Positions 57,333 through 64,000 of a stretch of DNA of 64,000 nucleotides are shown here, piece by piece. Each line of letters begins with the position of its first letter. Within the stretch, counting starts at the first letter, position 1. The position numbers were made by a program, and so were the translations under genes. The notes beneath the pieces are model-generated. The model had not been told where the DNA came from. It saw only the letters and a program-made list of their open reading frames with translations, and did no database searches. The stretch lies in sequence record PV400809.1; one strand, 5' to 3'.

Positions 57333-58769
57333 TTAGAAGATACCTGGGGCTCCCAGGTCAAACCCCATACCGGCGTCCGGGTATACACTCGGTGCGGCGG
57401 TAGGTGTGGGCATCGAAACACCCCCCATCATCTGCGGATTCACGATCATACCGTTCGGCAGTTGAACCATCCCGTTGGCCAGCATCGTTCCACCCATCAT
57501 ACCACCCATCCCACCCAACATACCCATTTGCTGAAGCATCATGTTGGTTTCAGAGCGTTGCAGGAAGTTCCCTTTACGACTACAGATGTAGACGACCGGG
57601 TTATTGGTGGTTTGGTTAACCGCATGGTGGAGGACACGCTGACCGACATAATCGATCTCAGTACGGACATACCGGTCACCCGCTTGCATCTGCGGAGGTG
57701 ATACGTCATAGTCCCCGTTCATTCCGGCAACGTGCTGCTGTTGAGATTGATGTTGAGAAACACCCTGTTGGTTGGTACTGGTAACCGACAGCAGACCACC
57801 CATGTCATTCCGACTCACTGCTTGATGCTGGACTTCATCATGGGTGTTGTGGCTGTTGTAATCCAGTACCGGGACTTGACGATAGATATCTGGCAGTTCT
57901 TCCAGGCGTTCCGTCCAGCTCAGATCAATCGGGTACAACCCGACTTTATCGAAATCAGATCGGAAGGTATTCTGGATCTTATTCAATTGATCCGCGATTT
58001 CCGCATAGCACCCCATGTAGGACACTAGACGAGACGCCACCGGGGAAGTCGATTCAAACTCATAGTCACTGGGACTGTTCACCGCCGGGAGGACGTTCTG
58101 GAAGATATGGGCGGCCAGACGAAGTGCTGCTCTGGAGACCGTGTGGTTATTGATTTCAATGGTCTGGTTATCCGATTGACCATCTGAACGTGCCAGACGA
58201 CGAACGATTTCCGTATAGAACGGAAACTCCGGGCGGGTCTTGTAATAGATCCGTTGACCCGTGGTCTTGCTGGTACCGCCACCCTTAGATACCTTGAAGT
58301 GAATGAAACGGTTATCCAACCCATTCTCTTCCACTTCCACATGCATACGGCTGAACAACGCATTGAGTTCATCCCGTACCGCACGCTTGGCACCTTTAAG
58401 GGGTTCCAGCATGTCGTGGATACGTTGGTTCCAGGTACTCTTGGGCTTATGGCCGGCGACGGTGAACAACACCATCGGAATACGACGGAAGGTATCCAGC
58501 AGTTTCATACAGGTCATCCGGCGGATGATCTTGAACACTTCCGTTTCTTTCGACACGATGTTTTCACAGGCCGGGTGGAAGAAGACCTTATCCACGCAGT
58601 TCCCATCCAGGACTTCGCTCAGCGGCAGGTGGAGGGTCATCCCATCAATACGGAGTGGGAATTCTTCCCCATCGATCATAAAGACGAGTCGTCCCTGTTC
58701 CTTAACCTGCGCCCCCCACGACAAACACATCGCTTCGTACAGTTTGTTCAGTTCATTGGTTTCGTGCAT
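57333..58769 (-). CDS. conserved chimallivirus protein (phiKZ gp70-like, 478 aa) with Gln/Gly/Met-rich tail
   Basis: FFHPACENI motif; position between PicA and nvRNAP beta. Confidence 0.75.
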   Translation of the reverse strand: MHETNELNKLYEAMCLSWGAQVKEQGRLVFMIDGEEFPLRIDGMTLHLPLSEVLDGNCVDKVFFHPACENIVSKETEVFKIIRRMTCMKLLDTFRRIPMVLFTVAGHKPKSTWNQRIHDMLEPLKGAKRAVRDELNALFSRMHVEVEENGLDNRFIHFKVSKGGGTSKTTGQRIYYKTRPEFPFYTEIVRRLARSDGQSDNQTIEINNHTVSRAALRLAAHIFQNVLPAVNSPSDYEFESTSPVASRLVSYMGCYAEIADQLNKIQNTFRSDFDKVGLYPIDLSWTERLEELPDIYRQVPVLDYNSHNTHDEVQHQAVSRNDMGGLLSVTSTNQQGVSQHQSQQQHVAGMNGDYDVSPPQMQAGDRYVRTEIDYVGQRVLHHAVNQTTNNPVVYICSRKGNFLQRSETNMMLQQMGMLGGMGGMMGGTMLANGMVQLPNGMIVNPQMMGGVSMPTPTAAPSVYPDAGMGFDLGAPGIF

Positions 58770-58783
58770 GAGCGGTTATCCTC

Positions 58784-60220
58784 TTAGCTGAAGTATTCAC
58801 GAATACCAGTCAGGAAGTTCTTGGCTTCCAACAGGCCGTTTTCGTTACCAGCAATGCTGCTACTGGTATGATTAATGTAGTAGGTGGCGTTGGTGAAGGT
58901 TTTCTCGTTGTCTTCCCCATTGAACGCAATCGTAATAACGATCTCACCAAACATGTAACACTCCACCTCAATATTCATCAAGGTTCTCAAATGAACATGA
59001 GGACCCGAGTATTTCGAGAAGAAGTGCTGAGCGATCAGACGCTTGAAGTCCTCCACCCGGTTTTCCACGAACATGTCATTGTCCAACATGGACATGGCTT
59101 CACCGATGACGAAAGCGACACCCACACCATCATCCATGATCGTGCTATATTCCATGAGGTTATTGGTGGCGGAGAACCGTAGGCTGGAGAGACCGCACTG
59201 CAACATCAAGTGAACCGACATCATCGCCAGTTCCGTAGCAATCACCTCATGGTTACCCGCAGAGCCATATTCACTGCTGGTGAGCAAGGTGTTGTCTTCT
59301 GCAAAGGAACTGGGATTCAACAGGTTGAGGTTCATGACATCCAACAGGTTATCGAAGACCTGATAGATTTCCCCAATACTGAATCCCTGGAAACCACCCA
59401 GCATGTACTGACCGGTGGATTGCATCATCGCCCGCATGAAAGGGTTTTCGAGCGGAGAAAGCTCTCCAATCGATTCCCCGATCAATCCATTAGACAGTTC
59501 CACTTCCAACGAACTGCCATTGGAGGAGTGGAACCCTGCATTGGTCGCCAGTTTAAGCAACTCCCGGGAATAATGTGTGGGATTGAGGTTGAGGGTCTTC
59601 GACATCAAGGTGTTGTTCTTGAGGTCACTCCCCACCGTCCCGGCATACATCATCTCAGAACCGTCTTCTTCACTGGCGGCGAACCCCAAGGCTTCATTCC
59701 CGACATCCAACGGACGTACGGCTTTCAGGTCTTTGTTCTGATCCACCGATCCCATGAGGAACTGGTGGGAACTGTCGATCATCCGCTTGGTCATCGGGAA
59801 GCCTTGACTGTCATGGGTGTTGGTCGTCAAGGTTGACCAAGTCCGTACCGGAACGAACATGGTGTCATCCGAGATACCTTGTTCCGACGCAGTGCCTCCA
59901 AAGAGATACCCCACCACACACATTTCCGAATGGAAGTTCGAATTGCTTTCAATAACGAACGTGAGTTGTCCAATTCCCCGCCGTACACCGAAGCCTTCTT
60001 CGACGGAGACGTAACCCTGAGGGCGCTGGGACAAGTTACCGCTGGAGGCAGCAATGCGGTTCAGAGTACCCGCGGTGACACCTCCATTGACCTGTTCCAT
60101 GATGAGGTCATCCACCTCAGTGCTGTCCAGGTTGAGTTGGTTATGACGATGAACGTGATCGTGGTTGCTATTCCCCATACCAAAGATGGCTCGGGTCAAT
60201 GTCACCAACATTTCGGACAT
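58784..60220 (-). CDS. picA: PicA/Imp1 phage-nucleus protein import factor (phiKZ gp69-like, 478 aa)
   Basis: directly downstream of the gp68-like nvRNAP subunit in the ChmC-gp68-PicA block; size consistent. Confidence 0.75.
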   Translation of the reverse strand: MSEMLVTLTRAIFGMGNSNHDHVHRHNQLNLDSTEVDDLIMEQVNGGVTAGTLNRIAASSGNLSQRPQGYVSVEEGFGVRRGIGQLTFVIESNSNFHSEMCVVGYLFGGTASEQGISDDTMFVPVRTWSTLTTNTHDSQGFPMTKRMIDSSHQFLMGSVDQNKDLKAVRPLDVGNEALGFAASEEDGSEMMYAGTVGSDLKNNTLMSKTLNLNPTHYSRELLKLATNAGFHSSNGSSLEVELSNGLIGESIGELSPLENPFMRAMMQSTGQYMLGGFQGFSIGEIYQVFDNLLDVMNLNLLNPSSFAEDNTLLTSSEYGSAGNHEVIATELAMMSVHLMLQCGLSSLRFSATNNLMEYSTIMDDGVGVAFVIGEAMSMLDNDMFVENRVEDFKRLIAQHFFSKYSGPHVHLRTLMNIEVECYMFGEIVITIAFNGEDNEKTFTNATYYINHTSSSIAGNENGLLEAKNFLTGIREYFS

Positions 60221-60254
60221 GTTTGTTTCCTCTGTCTAGTTACGGATGATACTT

Positions 60255-61808
60255 TCAGGCACTGACTTGTCTAACTAACCGCATGAACTCATTCTTGATT
60301 TCCAAATCAATCTCCAGGTCGAACAACGCAGCGCGTTCTACCCGTTGATAGACTTCAGGATCATCCAATACCCCATATTCCAGGTTCGATTTCCATTGCC
60401 CATTCCCAAAGGTTTCCAAGAACTCCGTTGCGACCTCCACGGCTTCATTAAAGGACCGTCCTTCGTCATTACGACTTTGGATGTCACAAATACTGACCAG
60501 GAATTCTTTATCTTCAGTATTCAACCGCAAACCATCCGAAAGGGACCGCATGCCTCCGGGATTATTACTGGCCCCCAGTACCGACGGGAGGTAATGGTAC
60601 CCTTGTTCGCTCAGACGGACCTGAGCCAAGGCAATCGCTGCCCGCAGTTGATGTCCGTCACAACTCCAGAAGATCATAGGAGAGATCGCATCGACGAACG
60701 TCAGCTGAAGCAACGTGATGACGTGATTATCCAACGTGATGTCCCAGTTCGGGGGCATGTTGTCGTAGACCTGTTCCACCAGCTGGGGATTCTGTATACC
60801 CAGCCCCAGACACGGGATCTTGAACCGATCCACATGCCGTTCATTGTCATTCTCGTCAAACAACCCTAAACTGAAATACTCAGCGTCTACGGTTTCATTT
60901 GCCGCCTTGATCTCTTCGTTGATATGATACCGTTCCAACAGGGACCGCTTATCATCCTCACCTTCCCGACCATCCTTGGCTTTAAACCCTCCCCCAATCG
61001 ATCCATGATGACGTACCGAAGCGTTAATGGCGGTGGCCAAGTGTTTCCCTTCTTCGGTCTCGGGGATCACTGCACAGCACAGCCGGGAGAAGAGGGTGTC
61101 ATACAGCACCCGCTCCACGAAATACTCCACACTCCCAATACTGTCTGCTTGCTGGGGTATGCCCCGTTTACCAAAGGCAAAGTTCACATAGGTCTGAAGT
61201 TTCTTCCACCCATACAGGTTAACGATGTGGGCGTTATCTTTAATCAGACTCCCACACACCTGCTCACTGTACCCTGTTCCCATTGCCGCATCGAAGCGAG
61301 CAATTAACGAGAAGATGATCGGATAAACCGAACGGATCACAAAGGTCAGCTTAACCAACTCTTTATAGTCGTAATCCGTAATGGTCGTTTGTTCAGGGTA
61401 ATCCCCTTTACTGGAGGCAACGCTCAGGTCAGGAGGAACGACCATGTGTTCGGAATATTGGATGAAACTACAGTACTTGGGAATATCAATGAGGTTTAGA
61501 ATAGCATTGATAATCGGTTTAATTTCAGCGATTTCAACCCGGTAGTCCTTATACGTGGGACTTTCAGCAATCTGATACGCCTTTTCATACAACTTAAAGA
61601 GTTCAATCTTCTTATCCGTATCGAAGATATTTTCTACATACTCGTTGAAACAACTGAAGAGATTAGGATCACTCGCATCCTTTTCTTTAATCACCCGTTC
61701 AAGTTTGATTGTTGCATCACCGTTAAAGCGGAGGCTCTTCTCATTCAACGAAACAATGATGGCTTTAATCGTTTTCTTGGATTTCCGCTTAACTTCGATG
61801 TTAAACAT
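60255..61808 (-). CDS. nvRNAP promoter-specificity subunit (phiKZ gp68-like, 517 aa)
   Basis: size; YPEQTTITDYDYKELVKL motif; synteny. Confidence 0.8.
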   Translation of the reverse strand: MFNIEVKRKSKKTIKAIIVSLNEKSLRFNGDATIKLERVIKEKDASDPNLFSCFNEYVENIFDTDKKIELFKLYEKAYQIAESPTYKDYRVEIAEIKPIINAILNLIDIPKYCSFIQYSEHMVVPPDLSVASSKGDYPEQTTITDYDYKELVKLTFVIRSVYPIIFSLIARFDAAMGTGYSEQVCGSLIKDNAHIVNLYGWKKLQTYVNFAFGKRGIPQQADSIGSVEYFVERVLYDTLFSRLCCAVIPETEEGKHLATAINASVRHHGSIGGGFKAKDGREGEDDKRSLLERYHINEEIKAANETVDAEYFSLGLFDENDNERHVDRFKIPCLGLGIQNPQLVEQVYDNMPPNWDITLDNHVITLLQLTFVDAISPMIFWSCDGHQLRAAIALAQVRLSEQGYHYLPSVLGASNNPGGMRSLSDGLRLNTEDKEFLVSICDIQSRNDEGRSFNEAVEVATEFLETFGNGQWKSNLEYGVLDDPEVYQRVERAALFDLEIDLEIKNEFMRLVRQVSA

Positions 61809-61845
61809 GGTTCACTCCAAACAGAATAGTCCAGGATTACGGGAA

Positions 61846-61868
61846 GATAATGTAGGTTTAAAATATTC
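61846..61868 (-). promoter_or_regulatory. candidate early promoter, identical to 9207-9229
   Basis: 23-bp exact duplicate upstream of the gp68-like gene. Confidence 0.7.
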
Positions 61869-61886
61869 TAACCAAACGAATAGACC

Positions 61887-61913
61887 GGGTAGGAGGGGTT
61901 GCCCCTCCTACCC
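61887..61913 (-). terminator. 12-bp hairpin terminator after chmC
   Basis: GGGTAGGAGGGG-ttg-CCCCTCCTACCC. Confidence 0.75.
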
Positions 61914-61925
61914 TTCTTGGTCTAA

Positions 61926-62624
61926 TTAGAATTCCACGTCATCGAAGTCATCGTGGGTGGTCGAACCGGAGTCATTGGAAGACTGTCGGTTGTTGTTTGC
62001 CCCACCGTCACGCGGTTTCGGAGGCTCCCAGGCTGCCTGCTCGATCTCATTCAGGAGATCCTGGTGGAAACGCACCCAGGCCCGAGCTACCCAACGGGAC
62101 ATCAAGCCCTGGTCTTCAACGCGCTCCCCGGCTTCATTCTTGACGTATACCGTCGTGAAGTTGGAACCTCGGAAGACCAGCGGGACTTTGTAATCCCCTT
62201 TGGTATACCCCAGGTGGATCACGCCGTTCTTATCCCGGATGATGGTAAAGGTCGCCTGAACAATCGGGTTCTCCGATTGACGCGCGCTGCCACCCGAGAA
62301 GATCATCTGCTTCTTCGAAATCGGGATCTGACGGAACCCGAAGTTCGCATCATTCGAGGCCTCGATAATCGCTTCGAAGAGCGCGCCCCGATCCGAATAG
62401 TTCAGTTCGACTTCTTTGTGGTTACTGTTGGAACCTTTCTCAAAGATGCCGTCATTGATCTTGAAGACAATGGGAAACGCCCCACTGTTCTTGCATTCGA
62501 ACATCCCCTGCGCAGGGTACTTCGCTCCAGGCAAAGGTTCCAAGGTCGTTGGATGAGGCTGTTTCCAGTCATTCAGGAGGGTTTTCTTACGGGGGGTAAA
62601 CTTGCGATGTTGATTGTCACTCAT
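61926..62624 (-). CDS. chmC: ChmC phage-nucleus RNA-binding protein (phiKZ gp67-like, 232 aa)
   Basis: immediately upstream of gp68-like and PicA; beta-rich core with Asn/Gly/Ser-rich then acidic disordered tail. Confidence 0.7.
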   Translation of the reverse strand: MSDNQHRKFTPRKKTLLNDWKQPHPTTLEPLPGAKYPAQGMFECKNSGAFPIVFKINDGIFEKGSNSNHKEVELNYSDRGALFEAIIEASNDANFGFRQIPISKKQMIFSGGSARQSENPIVQATFTIIRDKNGVIHLGYTKGDYKVPLVFRGSNFTTVYVKNEAGERVEDQGLMSRWVARAWVRFHQDLLNEIEQAAWEPPKPRDGGANNNRQSSNDSGSTTHDDFDDVEF

Positions 62625-62693
62625 GAGAGGTTACCTTAAATTCGAAATTCCTAACCAATAAAGATAGAATCTTCAGTGAGAATAGATGGGTTA

Positions 62694-63491
62694 CTAACCA
62701 TTCAGCATCAGTTGCAGACCAGCTCGGTCTACCCCTTGTGGCAGGTTGTTGATATGACTTCTGATTCGTCCCAGTGTTGTGGCGGATGTCCACTTATTAT
62801 CCAGCGCCAGTTTCTTCACCAGCTCCTTAATCCCTGTTGAGGACGACATGAAATTGGTTGAACGGTCACCAAAGATCTGGATAGTGAACCGGTTAAATGG
62901 CATGTAAAACAGATCCTCTCCTCCCGTCAGTTTGGTGTACCACTGGGTAAATGGTTTGGTTTTACCCGTATACGACTCCAACAGTATTAAACGTCCAACA
63001 CTGTTCGATACCGCGAGGTCCACCACGTGGTGCGTCAATACAATACCCCGCCCTTTGAATTCGGGCATGCCGATGTCTGTCTTAGACAACAGTTTCTCGT
63101 ATTTCGTATACAGCTTCTTTGCTGTCTCTTTCGAGAGGGTATCGTACCGGATTTGATTCTTCGTCGTAGGAAGTTTGAGATCCGCATGACGGAAACGGGT
63201 CTTAAGACCCGTATAGGTGGGATAATACACCACCAGTTCAACCGGTTTACTTTTACGCGCCTCTTCCATCCATTTCGCCAGGATCTTCAGATCACCGGTA
63301 ACCGCCTCTACCAGTTGATCTGATGTCAGTTGATCCTTTTCCTCTTTGGTCTCATACGCGTCATACGCATTCCGTATTAGCGTCATAAGGTTCAGCAGGA
63401 TGGTATCCGAATTACGTATTAGGGAAGCCGCATCACTCTCAAACGCCAACGATGTCCCTACGGACATTCCTAAAGCACCTGTACTTCTCAT
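62694..63491 (-). CDS. conserved protein (phiKZ gp66-like, 265 aa), possible FEN/PIN-like fold
   Basis: GGAGG SD, ATGA-coupled to the SbcD-like gene; QIFGDRSTNF resembles the FEN GDxxDN motif. Confidence 0.65.
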   Translation of the reverse strand: MRSTGALGMSVGTSLAFESDAASLIRNSDTILLNLMTLIRNAYDAYETKEEKDQLTSDQLVEAVTGDLKILAKWMEEARKSKPVELVVYYPTYTGLKTRFRHADLKLPTTKNQIRYDTLSKETAKKLYTKYEKLLSKTDIGMPEFKGRGIVLTHHVVDLAVSNSVGRLILLESYTGKTKPFTQWYTKLTGGEDLFYMPFNRFTIQIFGDRSTNFMSSSTGIKELVKKLALDNKWTSATTLGRIRSHINNLPQGVDRAGLQLMLNG

Positions 63492-64000
63492 AGGAATTCC
63501 TCCAGGACTTTCAAGGCTTCTTCGTCAGAGATCCCTTCCTTCTCGAAGACCCCTTGACATTCAGGTAACAGGGCTGACGCCAAGTTCTTTTTCGTTAACT
63601 GAGGGTAATCGTACGTTTGGTTATTGAACAGATCGTCTTGAACATGCTGTTCTTTGGCTTTCGCATTCTCCGCTTTAAAGCCAAAGTAGGGGAATTCTTT
63701 CTCAAAGATACGTATAACCGGTTTAACGATATCCGCTGCACCGCCCATGACCCGGATTTGACTGTGGTACGGGAGTTTCTTCCGACGGATGAACTGCTGA
63801 AGGTCCAAGACCAATTGTTCGGTCGTAATGTCTTCCTTGACTTTCAGGGTTAAATACGGGAGGGCGTTCTTATTTTCCTGGAAGGTTGAAGTGGCGGTTT
63901 CCTTCTCCAGGTCAAGCTCAACCAAATACCCCCCTTTCGGGTGTTCTTCCCCGTGGGCTGTACGGTCAAAGGAACCCGAACACCGCATCTTACCCACTTC
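63488..64000 (-). CDS. sbcD: SbcD/Mre11-like nuclease, C-terminal part (gene continues beyond the window)
   Basis: GSFDRTAHGEEHPKGGYLV motif; synteny with phiKZ gp65. Confidence 0.75.
   Translation of the reverse strand, partial: EVGKMRCSGSFDRTAHGEEHPKGGYLVELDLEKETATSTFQENKNALPYLTLKVKEDITTEQLVLDLQQFIRRKKLPYHSQIRVMGGAADIVKPVIRIFEKEFPYFGFKAENAKAKEQHVQDDLFNNQTYDYPQLTKKNLASALLPECQGVFEKEGISDEEALKVLEEFL

Noticed and set aside
1727-61913. Hairpin family as CRISPR repeats or IS ends
   Set aside because: Dispersed singly between genes, with no spacer array, no target-site duplications and no transposase in the window.
4085-63853. Many 60-380 aa antisense or out-of-frame ORFs in the track (e.g. 4649-5578, 41255-42247, 43452-44588)
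   Set aside because: They lie fully within better-supported genes on the opposite strand and lack SD sequences and motifs.
1-64000. tRNA, rRNA or tmRNA genes
   Set aside because: No cloverleaf or conserved T-loop/rRNA signatures seen in the few intergenic gaps; not confirmed by tRNAscan or Infernal.

Overview
A 64-kb segment of a phiKZ-related jumbo phage (Chimalliviridae, nucleus-forming), mostly minus-strand genes, roughly 50% GC by eye. It is not bacterial DNA. Read from the right end leftwards it carries the conserved core block. That block runs: SbcD/Mre11-like nuclease (partial), gp66-like protein, ChmC, nvRNAP specificity subunit (gp68-like), PicA, gp70-like protein, nvRNAP beta and beta' halves, SF2 helicase, a free-standing HNH endonuclease, vRNAP beta' C-terminal half, and the split DNA polymerase exonuclease subunit. 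It continues with a cluster of internal-head paralogs, baseplate/neck/hub proteins, DnaB helicase, major capsid protein and the second nvRNAP beta half, and ends in an accessory region with an SspB-like ClpXP adaptor. Homolog names come from my recall of motifs and synteny, not from database searches. From memory the gene order fits an EL-type phage (unverified). The best new observation is a candidate -1 programmed ribosomal frameshift (T TTT TTT, 43497-43503) that would fuse a 574-aa gp77-like ORF to a start-less downstream ORF, like a tail-chaperone G/GT pair. Other highlights: a family of long CTAC/GTAG-containing intergenic hairpins, including two perfect 32-bp palindromes and one 34-bp hairpin present twice; a structured purine/pyrimidine-skewed intergenic region with GATCT repeats (origin or ncRNA candidate); a helicase Shine-Dalgarno buried in a 13-bp stem; and four copies of an early-promoter motif. 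I saw no tRNA, rRNA or CRISPR array.
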